IMG/VR virus record: IMGVR_UViG_3300043414_000445
Location: 1 to 26,137 of that record
Reading direction: 5' to 3' (one strand)
From: a virus
Lineage: Duplodnaviria > Caudoviricetes
Length of the DNA: 26,137 nucleotides
The notes under the pieces were generated by a model. It made no database searches and was not told where the DNA came from. It saw nothing but the letters and a program-made list of their open reading frames with translations. The position numbers and the translations under genes are program-made. This document shows, one piece after another, positions 8,777-16,948 of the stretch (position 1 is the first letter of the stretch; every line of letters starts with the position of its first letter).

Positions 8777-8964
8777 GGCTTGCCGCCCGGCAGGTCAGCC
8801 TAGGGCAAGCAGTCAAGCCAAGCGCCGAGATCATCTTTCACATCTTGGCGAAAGAGTTCGGCAAGTTTCCGTGGGAAGTTGCAGAAGCCCCGCTACACTC
8901 CGTCTTGCAGGCGTGGGCACTTCACGTCGAACTCCAACCGAAAGAAGTGAGACGTGGGCGCTAA
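8770..8964 (+). CDS. gpT-like extension of the chaperone (G-T fusion 8486-8964 via -1 frameshift)
   Basis: -1 frame open to TAA 8962-8964: SVRLAARQVSLGQAVKPSAEIIFHILAKEFGKFPWEVAEAPLHSVLQAWALHVELQPKEVRRGR; absent from the ORF track. Confidence 0.8.
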   Translation, partial: SVRLAARQVSLGQAVKPSAEIIFHILAKEFGKFPWEVAEAPLHSVLQAWALHVELQPKEVRRGR

Positions 8965-9460
8965 GGGCAACGAGAAGGTCAGGATCTTCGTCACACCTCA
9001 GTCCTTGAAGGCGACGGACGAACTGCGTCTTGGCTTCTTAGAGTCAAGCAACCCACGCAAGTTCAAGGCGATGCTGGCGCTCGCGACACTCAACGCAGCC
9101 CGCACCATGGTCAAGCCCGTCAAGGCGGGCGCACCCGTGCGCACGGGGCGGCTAAAGAAAGCAGTGGCAGCCCGCAAGGCGAAGTTTGACCGTCCAGCTG
9201 CAGTCGTCGGCGTGCGTGCAGGCAAGAGCCGGGGCGACATGAACGGTGCCTGGTATCGCTGGTTTGTGGTGAGTGGCACATCTGGCACCAGAACAACCAA
9301 GGCACGGGGTAAGGTGCAGGTCAAGGCAATCCGTGGGCGTGACTTCGTGAAGCAAGCCGTGACGGAGCCAAGCAATCAGGCTCGGGCCATTGAAGCACTC
9401 AACAAGACGGTGCAAGCCTTCTTGGATGGGACGATCAAATACCGAAGGGGACGAAGATGA
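8954..9460 (+). CDS. HK97 gp10-like tail/neck component
   Basis: Basic protein with APVRTGRLKKAV, AWYRWFVVSGT and GRDFVKQAV motifs. Confidence 0.75.
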   Translation: MGAKGNEKVRIFVTPQSLKATDELRLGFLESSNPRKFKAMLALATLNAARTMVKPVKAGAPVRTGRLKKAVAARKAKFDRPAAVVGVRAGKSRGDMNGAWYRWFVVSGTSGTRTTKARGKVQVKAIRGRDFVKQAVTEPSNQARAIEALNKTVQAFLDGTIKYRRGRR

Positions 9461-10770
9461 ACAAGGGCACCATGAACCTAGTCGTCAAGGCGATTGACAA
9501 CGCCACGCCCACCCTTCGCAAGATCGGCAAGGCGTTCGGCGGGCTGAAGAGCGCAGGCTCAGCCGTCGGCTCGGGCTTGAAGACTGCAGCCGTTGGCGCC
9601 TTGGCAATCAGTGCCGCCGTCGCTGGCTTCGCCATCGCTGCCACTGCCGCCGCTGCTGACGAAGAGAAGCAGATCGCCCGGCTCAATGGCGTGCTCAAGA
9701 CGCGCGGCATGCTCACGGAAGCCAACAGCGCCGCGGTTGAGACGCAGATCAGCAAGCTCGAGAATCTCGCCATCTCCGACGATGCCGTTCGTGAAAGCCT
9801 CATCGTTGCCACGCAGTTCACGAAGAAGTTCAACGACGCTCTAAAGATTCAGAACGTCGCCGCTGACGTCGCAGCAGCCAAGGGCATCAGCCTTGAAGAA
9901 GCGACGACACTCGTGGGCAAGGCGTATCAGGGCAACACGAAGGGACTCAAGGGGCTTGGCGTAGAAGTCAAGAAGGGCGCTAAGGGGCTGGACGTCTTGA
10001 AGGCAGTGACTGGCAAATACAAGGGCGCGGCTCAGGCTGCCGCCGACACCGTGAGCGGCAAGTTCGGCAAGGCGCAGATCAAGTTCAACAACATCATTGA
10101 AGACTTCGGCGCCAAGCTGCTGCCATACGCCAGCAAGGGGCTGGACTTCATCAGCGGCACTGCACTCCCAGCATTGAGTGGCGCACTTGACACTGCCTTC
10201 CCGATCATTGAGAAGGTCGGCAAGGGACTTGCGGATACCTTCGGGCCCATGATTCAAGACAACATCAACAACATGACGAAGCCGGGCGGCGTGTTTGACT
10301 CAGTTGGCAAGGTCGTCGGGCCCATCTTCGGCAACATCGCTGACAGCGTCGGCGGGCTGATCGCCAAACTGACGGGCCCAGGTGGGCTGCTCACTGCACT
10401 CGGCAACGTCATCGGCACGCTCTGGGGCGACGGCAAGGGCCCACTCGCCACCGCAGTCGGCGCTATCGGCAACCTGCTTGACCTGCTCATTGACACCATC
10501 GCCAACATCGCGGGCGCCATTGCTGGGCTCATCACCGCAGTGGATGACTTCTTGAAGGCGTTTGGCAAGGCAGCCGACGTCAGCAAGGGTGGAGCCTACG
10601 ATTATTACAATCGCATGAGCGGCGGCGTGCTCCCATCAACGACGCCAGGGGGAACTCGTGATGCAAACGGCATGCCGATCATCACGGTGCGCATCGGCGA
10701 GAAGAGCGTTGACGGCATCATCCTTGACGCACTGGGGCGACAGATTGGCACCTCAGGCTCGGGACGCTAA
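9457..10770 (+). CDS. Tape measure protein (short, 437 aa)
   Basis: LVVKAIDNATPTL N-terminus; Ala/Gly/Lys-rich helical sequence with hydrophobic segments; position. Confidence 0.85.
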   Translation: MNKGTMNLVVKAIDNATPTLRKIGKAFGGLKSAGSAVGSGLKTAAVGALAISAAVAGFAIAATAAAADEEKQIARLNGVLKTRGMLTEANSAAVETQISKLENLAISDDAVRESLIVATQFTKKFNDALKIQNVAADVAAAKGISLEEATTLVGKAYQGNTKGLKGLGVEVKKGAKGLDVLKAVTGKYKGAAQAAADTVSGKFGKAQIKFNNIIEDFGAKLLPYASKGLDFISGTALPALSGALDTAFPIIEKVGKGLADTFGPMIQDNINNMTKPGGVFDSVGKVVGPIFGNIADSVGGLIAKLTGPGGLLTALGNVIGTLWGDGKGPLATAVGAIGNLLDLLIDTIANIAGAIAGLITAVDDFLKAFGKAADVSKGGAYDYYNRMSGGVLPSTTPGGTRDANGMPIITVRIGEKSVDGIILDALGRQIGTSGSGR

Positions 10771-10773
10771 GAC

Positions 10774-12195
10774 GTGGCGACGCACCCCTTCGCCATCATC
10801 GTTGACGGCGTCAACAGCGGCGTCAACATTCTTGACGACTACAGCACCACTAGCCCAACGACGCCGTGGGTTGACCCTGAGAGCGTCAGCCTTACGCAAG
10901 ACGCCAACGGCAACGGCGGCGCTCTTTCGTTCCACGTGGTGCAGGTCAAGACTCCGGGCGGCGGACCATGGTGGAAGTCAGGCAGCGTCTATGACAACGC
11001 TCGAGTACGATTTCAAGTCAGCGGCACCACCACCTTCTTGGGATACATCACGAAGATCGACGTAGAACTTGCCGAGAGTGGACTCGGCACACGCGCAACA
11101 GTCACCGCTGCAGCTGCGTCAACCTTCTTGGATAAAATCATCGTCTACAAGGGGCGCCAACTAACGGGCACGAAGTCTGGCTACACAAGCAACTTCAACA
11201 TCGGCGTAGCTGGCGGATCGGATCAGGCAGCCGTCACGGCGCTGGTGAGCAAGGCAGACGCCGTCATGGCGTTCAGCACTGGCACCAGCGGACGCACCGC
11301 CAACCGCCTGATCGTCAACACGAACACCACTCCCACCTATACGGGCACCGCAGTCGTTATTGGGCAACTGAAGATGGTTCCGGGTACGTTGCGCTCATGC
11401 CTTGACACGATCAAGGAGGCAGCCGAAGCCGTAGACGGTGAGCAGCGGCGCTACTGGGTGGCGCCCAGCGGCACCATCAACTTTGCCCGACTCGGCACCG
11501 CCACGCCAACCTACGCCACGGCACCGTTCAAGGTCGTCACCACGCCAACCTATGACCCCTACGGATCGGCATCTTCAGCAGCAACGTTGCAAGTGCGCAG
11601 CCTTCAAGTCAGCCTTGACCATGACGTCATCGTCAAGAAGGCACGCTTCGTCTTCAACACGAACGCTGACGACTGGGACTCCCAGATCAGCGGCGGCGCC
11701 TACACGGTAAAAGATCCATACGGTCGAGTCTACGATCAGGCAGCGCCGAACGGTGCAGGTATGACGACGCGCAATGGCCCACGCCCAGAGACGATCATCG
11801 GCGTGACGCCGCAGCCGAACAAGGCGGCGGCTCCGACCTACTGGACGGCGAAGATTACGGATTATGGCAAGAAGTACTTTGGCACGGACACCTATCCGAA
11901 CCGTGCAGCGCCGCAGCGCAGCATCTCGTTCACGGTGCGCGGGGCTGACACCACGAACAATCCCTACGGCTTCGTGAAGGGCTACCGCCAGACAGGTGCC
12001 AGCACCTTCGCCCTGCAAGATGGTTGGGAAGCCGGGCAGTACGTCAGCATCGTGAGCAGCAGCCTTGACCTAAACGGACTCTTTCGCATTGAGACGCTGA
12101 CCATGTCGTTCGAGTCAGGCTCTATAATCAGACAATACGACGTGACGTGCGAGCGCGTACCACGCAACCTATTGAAGAAGTTCTTGCAGGGGTAA
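10774..12195 (+). CDS. Tail tip / baseplate hub protein
   Basis: Follows TMP; beta-rich; C-terminal WEAGQYVSI...FRIETLTMSF pattern like Tal/hub proteins. Confidence 0.7.
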   Translation: MATHPFAIIVDGVNSGVNILDDYSTTSPTTPWVDPESVSLTQDANGNGGALSFHVVQVKTPGGGPWWKSGSVYDNARVRFQVSGTTTFLGYITKIDVELAESGLGTRATVTAAAASTFLDKIIVYKGRQLTGTKSGYTSNFNIGVAGGSDQAAVTALVSKADAVMAFSTGTSGRTANRLIVNTNTTPTYTGTAVVIGQLKMVPGTLRSCLDTIKEAAEAVDGEQRRYWVAPSGTINFARLGTATPTYATAPFKVVTTPTYDPYGSASSAATLQVRSLQVSLDHDVIVKKARFVFNTNADDWDSQISGGAYTVKDPYGRVYDQAAPNGAGMTTRNGPRPETIIGVTPQPNKAAAPTYWTAKITDYGKKYFGTDTYPNRAAPQRSISFTVRGADTTNNPYGFVKGYRQTGASTFALQDGWEAGQYVSIVSSSLDLNGLFRIETLTMSFESGSIIRQYDVTCERVPRNLLKKFLQG

Positions 12196-12198
12196 GAG

Positions 12199-13722
12199 AT
12201 GGTTGAGAAGTTTGGCTCTGATCAGTCGCAGTTAGCAACGCTAGGCGGCGGCGTCATCGGAGCTACTGGCGTGGTGCTCATTGACGGCAACAGCGACGGC
12301 GAGAGCGCGCTGCTCTTCGGGCCTGCTGCGCTCCGAGAGATTCAGGCTGGCGTCGCGAACGGTGACTTCGCCATTCCGCCAACAGATGCTGAGGGAACGA
12401 TTACTGCAGATAACGCGCTGCCGTACTGGACGTTCACGGACGTCAACAGCGCCGGGGCGATCACCTGCGCCATTGTCACAGACGCATCGTCAGCATCAGG
12501 AACTTCACTGCGCTGGAGCATTGCTGCTGCAACTGCCAACAGCAAGAGTGCCAAGTTGACGCGCTTCATCCCAGTAGCGTCTACGCGCAACCGAGCCTTT
12601 GCTTACGCGCCGGAGGTCAACACATTTGGCGCAACGAACACGGCGAACTCAACCATCCGTATGCAGGCGCAGTACTACAAGGCAGACCAGACAACGACGA
12701 CAGGCACGGCGATTGACTCTGGTGCGCTGACCTTTGCAACGATGGGAACTGGCAGCAACTATCTCATCGGAGGATTCACGACCGCCCTTGCTGCTCCTGC
12801 TGATGCTGCGTTCTGCCTTGTGACGATCACCGTCGCAACGGCTGCGGCTGGAGCGGTTGTTGCCTCAACGATTGACATTCCTGAAGTTCGACTGATCCGT
12901 GGCGATCAGACAAACCTGTTCGCCGAGTACACCACTCCTGCAACCTACGCGCCAACAACTGTCCGACAAATCAACGGCACGCTCAACATCAGCCCAAACG
13001 CTGGCACTGGCAATGTGACGCTTGGTGGAGATCTCACGGTGAGCGGTGGAGACATCAACCTTGGCACTGGCTTTACGATCTCAGGCGTAGGTGTTTCAGC
13101 CGTGCAGTTTACGCGCAACGACTCAGGAAACCGTGCCAACATTACTGCTGCGCGTATCTTCCCTGGAACACAAGGCACACGTTATATGGACGATGACGGA
13201 ACCTACACAACCTTCAGCGATGGGATCGCCATTGGTTCAACAACCACGGCCGTCAACGCTTCAGGCGGCGGCGATGTACAACTTACTGGCGCAGACATTA
13301 CCGTGCCGATTGCTGGAAACGGTGAACTGAAAGCGATTCCAAATACTACAACCCTTACAACCAACAGCGCGCGCTGGGTATTGAGCAGCGGCAACACCTA
13401 CGCCTTGCGCCGTGACTCATCAACGCGCCGCGTCAAGACAAACATCGTTGAGGCTGACGCTGCCGTGTTAGCAGCCGCTAAAAACTTGCGAGCAGTCCAC
13501 TACGAAGCCTTGGAGAAAGATGCTGAAGGCAATATTGTTCCAAGCGGCAAGCACACGCTCGGACTTATTGCTGAAGAGATTGTTGATGCTGGGCTTGGAT
13601 GCGCCGTCACCTACGACAGCGAAGGGTTACCGGACGGATACGACGAGCGCGTGCTGATCGCTGCACTCCTGCATCGCGTCAACGACCTTGAGACACGACT
13701 TGCCGCGCTGGAGTCACGATGA
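12199..13722 (+). CDS. Tail fibre/spike with C-terminal intramolecular chaperone (peptidase S74-like)
   Basis: SSTRRVKTNI (~13417), LRAVHYE, GLIAEE and terminal coiled coil VNDLETRLAALE. Confidence 0.85.
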   Translation: MVEKFGSDQSQLATLGGGVIGATGVVLIDGNSDGESALLFGPAALREIQAGVANGDFAIPPTDAEGTITADNALPYWTFTDVNSAGAITCAIVTDASSASGTSLRWSIAAATANSKSAKLTRFIPVASTRNRAFAYAPEVNTFGATNTANSTIRMQAQYYKADQTTTTGTAIDSGALTFATMGTGSNYLIGGFTTALAAPADAAFCLVTITVATAAAGAVVASTIDIPEVRLIRGDQTNLFAEYTTPATYAPTTVRQINGTLNISPNAGTGNVTLGGDLTVSGGDINLGTGFTISGVGVSAVQFTRNDSGNRANITAARIFPGTQGTRYMDDDGTYTTFSDGIAIGSTTTAVNASGGGDVQLTGADITVPIAGNGELKAIPNTTTLTTNSARWVLSSGNTYALRRDSSTRRVKTNIVEADAAVLAAAKNLRAVHYEALEKDAEGNIVPSGKHTLGLIAEEIVDAGLGCAVTYDSEGLPDGYDERVLIAALLHRVNDLETRLAALESR

Positions 13723-13904
13723 CGCGCAGCCAAGCCGACGCCATCATTGAACGACTAGACGCGCAGAGCGCGAAGATTGACCGCCTGCAGTCGGAGATTG
13801 ACCAGATGAAGGGTGGGCTCACGGTGCTGAAGGCGATCGGCGCCTTCTTGGGAGTTGGGGGAATCGGCGCGCTTCTGGCGTGGCTTCAAGCGCAGGGAAA
13901 GTAG
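13719..13904 (+). CDS. Small coiled-coil + C-terminal TM protein (XhlA/holin-like)
   Basis: Heptad N-terminus then IGAFLGVGGIGALLAWL; first gene after the fibre. Confidence 0.65.
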   Translation: MTRSQADAIIERLDAQSAKIDRLQSEIDQMKGGLTVLKAIGAFLGVGGIGALLAWLQAQGK

Positions 13905-15055
13905 TGCGCCGCGTACTCATCCCGCTCATAGCTGCCGCCATGCTCTTCTGCACGCTGCCAGCCTTGGCGCAGGATGAACCGCAGCACGGGCTCACCATGA
14001 CCGTCTACCCGGAGGTGATGATTGGCTTGGGCCCGTGGGAGGCAGCGCCAGAGTCTGCACCATGCTGGACGGGCATCGTGCCGAACATTGACTTCGACTG
14101 GGGCGGCGCACCAGCTGCTGACGGCTGCCCACGCGACTTCTTCATGGTGCACTTCACGGGCTGGATCACCGTGCCAGAGTCGGGCGCGTGGGAGTGGCTG
14201 AACTGGAGCGACGACGGCTGGCGCATGACGATCGGCGACTTCGTGGCGCTGGATGACTGGAACTTCCACGGCTGCGGCGGGCACTGGAGTGGCCCCAACG
14301 AAGGCTTCACGCAGATGGAGGCGGTAGTCTCGCAGCCCATCAGTGTGTGGACGTTTGAGTGGGGCGGCGGAGCCTGCGCCAGACTTGACTACGGCAGCCC
14401 GTCAGGCTACGGCGTAGTGCCCACTGAGTGGCTCACCACCGAAGCCATGCCCGAGCCAAGCCCGTCTCCCAGCGTGGAGCCAAGCCTTGAGGTGCCAAGT
14501 GTTGAACCGTCCCCAAACCCGTCTCCCACACCCGAGCCGACGCCCGAACCATCGCCATCCGTGGAGCCTTCGCCGTCTCCTACTCCTGAACCTAGCCCTA
14601 GCCCTAGTCCTACTCCTGAGCCTACTCATACGCCAACCGTAGAGCCGAGCCCTACGGCGACGCCTATGCCAACCCCTACACCTACGCCAGAATCGCCCTC
14701 ACCTAGCCCCAGCGTGGCTCCTACCCCGTCCCCAGAGCCTTCTGAGGAGCCCTCAGCAGTGCCTTCTCCTGAGCCTACGCCGTCCCCATCGGATGAGCCG
14801 CTGGTGATTGACCCGGGGGCTGCAGCTGCCGCAGTCGCCGAAGCCGTCGGCGAAGCCGTCGCCGCAGTTGGTGAAGCCGCTGCATTCGTCGCCGATCTCG
14901 GACACGACATTACGCCCGCTGAGAAGAAGAAGGCAGCCGCTACAATCATCCCAGCAGTGATCATCACGCAACTCGCGCAGGCAGCCGTTGCGGCAGCAAG
15001 CGCGGCGGCGGCTGGTGCTGCGTCATCGGGAGGCTCACGAAAGGATAAGAAGTGA
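13904..15055 (+). CDS. Secreted PA14-domain protein with Pro/Ser/Thr/Glu stalk and C-terminal hydrophobic anchor
   Basis: GTG 13904 gives signal peptide MRRVLIPLIAAAMLFCTLPALA; PA14 motifs NIDFDWG, FMVHFTGWITVP, SDDGWRMTI; hydrophobic Ala-rich C-terminus ending RKDKK. Confidence 0.85.
   Translation: MRRVLIPLIAAAMLFCTLPALAQDEPQHGLTMTVYPEVMIGLGPWEAAPESAPCWTGIVPNIDFDWGGAPAADGCPRDFFMVHFTGWITVPESGAWEWLNWSDDGWRMTIGDFVALDDWNFHGCGGHWSGPNEGFTQMEAVVSQPISVWTFEWGGGACARLDYGSPSGYGVVPTEWLTTEAMPEPSPSPSVEPSLEVPSVEPSPNPSPTPEPTPEPSPSVEPSPSPTPEPSPSPSPTPEPTHTPTVEPSPTATPMPTPTPTPESPSPSPSVAPTPSPEPSEEPSAVPSPEPTPSPSDEPLVIDPGAAAAAVAEAVGEAVAAVGEAAAFVADLGHDITPAEKKKAAATIIPAVIITQLAQAAVAAASAAAAGAASSGGSRKDKK
14450..14800 (+). 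repeat. Low-complexity (PS/PT/EP)n coding repeat
   Basis: Repeated PSPSPTPEP-like units with degenerate codons. Confidence 0.9.
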
Positions 15056-15231
15056 AACTCCTGAAAGACATCGCACTCGATATCTCGGCAAGTTCGTGGA
15101 CGTGGCTCGGCATGCTCATTGCATGGATCGTGTTGCCAGACGGCGGCACCAGAGACTTTGTCGGCGTCTGCATCTTAGTGCTGCTCGGATTGTGGGCGGC
15201 GACAGGGCCCCTACGCTGGGGCGGGGAGTGA
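15052..15231 (+). CDS. 59-aa two-TM membrane protein (below the ORF track cutoff)
   Basis: GTGA overlap with the PA14 gene stop; MKLLKDIALDISASSWTWLGMLIAWIVLPDGGTRDFVGVCILVLLGLWAATGPLRWGGE. Confidence 0.8.
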   Translation: MKLLKDIALDISASSWTWLGMLIAWIVLPDGGTRDFVGVCILVLLGLWAATGPLRWGGE

Positions 15232-15233
15232 AC

Positions 15234-15488
15234 ATGACGGCAGCAGATCACATCGAAGACATCCACGAGCAGGGCTGGACTCGCATTGAGACGGCGCCAG
15301 GTGAGTGGGTAGCACTCGTGCCGAATGATAACAACAGCGCCTACGGCGGCACCCTATGGAAGAAAGCCGAAGACGGCAACGACTATGCAGAAGGCTTGAC
15401 TGATGGCTTCCCCGTCAGCGCCGCACTGGATCATGAGGCAGCCGGGCGAGCGATCGCCGTGCTCATCAAGAAAGAACTGACCACGTGA
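15234..15488 (+). CDS. Hypothetical acidic protein, 84 aa
   Basis: GGGGAG RBS before ATG 15234; coupled to the next gene by GTGA. Confidence 0.7.
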   Translation: MTAADHIEDIHEQGWTRIETAPGEWVALVPNDNNSAYGGTLWKKAEDGNDYAEGLTDGFPVSAALDHEAAGRAIAVLIKKELTT

Positions 15489-16624
15489 AGTACCGCGTCA
15501 AGAGCCAACTCTACTCCGATGCTGAAGCCCAACTGAAGGGCACCAAGCAAGTGCTGGATGACTGCACATGGTCATCGTGCGCTGCCGCCGTATCGTGGGC
15601 GAGCGGGTATGAAGTTAACTACAGCGCCGCTGACGGCGTGGCAGCCGAGCGCGCCGCCCTGCATCGAGTTGAGAAGCAAGGCGTTGCAGATAACGGTGGC
15701 AGCCTTGCTGAAGCCGCCAAGGTTGTTGCTCATCTAGGCGGGCATGCGCGCTACGCCAAGTCATGGGATGACGCCGTTGCCGCCGCCAAGGCTGGCGCCG
15801 CCCTTATGTTGTGGGTGCAACAACCAGTCGGCTACCCGCCTGAAGTCCACATCAGCAAGTGGCATGACGGTTGGAAGAAGTGGTGGGCGAAGACTGATCC
15901 TGCACACCTAAAGGCGGGATACGGTCACATGACGTCAGCAGGCTGGTGTGAGGATCACGGCTGGCAGTGGGCATGTCCGACCCGTGACGAAAAGGTCGCG
16001 GCTGAGCAGTACGGCGAGACCGTGACTGAGTCCCAGCTTCATACCATCGCCAAGTCGAAGATGAACGCTCGCAAGTTGAAGAGCGACTATCAGGCCCTGC
16101 TCATCGTCACCTACCCCAAGAAGACAGCAGCCCCGGCTCCTGCGCCAGTCGCAGTGCAAGAGCCCGTAGTTGCTCCTGCTCCAGTGGTAGCAGCGCCAGC
16201 ACCTGCACCAGTTGCGGAGCAGCCGAAGGTTGCGACTCCTGAACCGAAGAAGCCTAGCGCCGTGGATGCGCAGCTTGAGGCGTTGGGGAAGGTAGACTTT
16301 GCAGCAGTGGCTGGGAGGGCGTTCAACGCTGCGAGTGGTGCAGCGGCTGCGGCTGCCAAGGTAAAAGGAGCACCAGCCAAGATGATGACCTTTCTCAAAT
16401 ACATCAAGGACAACACGGGCATTGACGAAGCCCTCATTGAGTTCGTCCGAACCTTCGTCACGGTGAGCATTAGCGTGGCGCTGGGGCTCGGCATCCCACT
16501 GCTCGACATCAACGGCGGCGACTTCCGTACCGTCGTATCGGCTGGCTTGGCTTCAGGGCTGCAGGTACTGGTGAAGTATCTTGACCCCAAGAACACCTCC
16601 TTCGGAATCAAGGAGAAAAACTAA
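15485..16624 (+). CDS. C39-like cysteine peptidase - Pro/Ala linker - holin-like domain fusion
   Basis: SQ..DCTWSSCAAAV and GYGHMT papain-like motifs; PAPAPV linker; C-terminal EFVRTFVTVSISVALG...LLDING...VVSAGLASGLQVLVKYLDP resembling r1t-type holins. Confidence 0.7.
   Translation: MKYRVKSQLYSDAEAQLKGTKQVLDDCTWSSCAAAVSWASGYEVNYSAADGVAAERAALHRVEKQGVADNGGSLAEAAKVVAHLGGHARYAKSWDDAVAAAKAGAALMLWVQQPVGYPPEVHISKWHDGWKKWWAKTDPAHLKAGYGHMTSAGWCEDHGWQWACPTRDEKVAAEQYGETVTESQLHTIAKSKMNARKLKSDYQALLIVTYPKKTAAPAPAPVAVQEPVVAPAPVVAAPAPAPVAEQPKVATPEPKKPSAVDAQLEALGKVDFAAVAGRAFNAASGAAAAAAKVKGAPAKMMTFLKYIKDNTGIDEALIEFVRTFVTVSISVALGLGIPLLDINGGDFRTVVSAGLASGLQVLVKYLDPKNTSFGIKEKN
16382..16624 (+). CDS. Putative stand-alone holin from in-frame internal start (ATG ATG)
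   Basis: AAGGAG 16365-16370 upstream of in-frame ATGs 16382/16385; 80 aa, two hydrophobic segments, charged C-terminus. Confidence 0.5.
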   Translation: MMTFLKYIKDNTGIDEALIEFVRTFVTVSISVALGLGIPLLDINGGDFRTVVSAGLASGLQVLVKYLDPKNTSFGIKEKN

Positions 16625-16641
16625 ACACACACACCCCGCCA

Positions 16642-16694
16642 TACACCTGACACAAGAGCAGGTGTAGGCTGCGAGTAGGCACCCGAGCAGGTGC
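16642..16694. promoter_or_regulatory. Two hairpins sharing GAGCAGGTG in the intergenic region
   Basis: TACACCTG/CAGGTGTA (16642-16666) and GCACC/GGTGC (16679-16694). Confidence 0.45.
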
Positions 16695-16717
16695 AGCAAG
16701 CAGTTGGAGGTGTTCAC

Positions 16718-16948
16718 ATGGACGGACTCGAAGAGCTCAGGGCGCTGAGCAAGCCCCGCAAGGGCCCGCCCTGCGGGATGACCAGCGTGCATCTTGAGGG
16801 TGACGACTGGGAGACGCTGCACAAGGGGCTGGCTGATCCAGCCATCACTGCTAAGGCGTTGACCGCATGGCTTGAGAAGCGCGGCTTCACCGTGAGCTTC
16901 TGGACGATCGCCCGGCACCGCCGTGGCGAGTGCGCGTGCAACTCATGA
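16718..16948 (+). CDS. Small HTH-like/Zn-binding protein
   Basis: GGAGG RBS; PPC...TIARHRRGECAC with Cys/His ligands. Confidence 0.75.
   Translation: MDGLEELRALSKPRKGPPCGMTSVHLEGDDWETLHKGLADPAITAKALTAWLEKRGFTVSFWTIARHRRGECACNS

Noticed and set aside
8700-9008. 102-aa + ORF as the downstream chaperone part
   Set aside because: It is the +1 frame with Arg/Ser-rich nonsense composition; the -1 frame fits the slippery site
14450-14800. Repeat region as a CRISPR array or DGR-type repeat
   Set aside because: Repeats are degenerate at DNA level and explained by the Pro-rich protein stalk; no spacers or reverse transcriptase seen
14988-15233. N-terminal extension of the 15234 ORF
   Set aside because: Overlaps the better-supported 59-aa membrane gene; RBS supports ATG 15234
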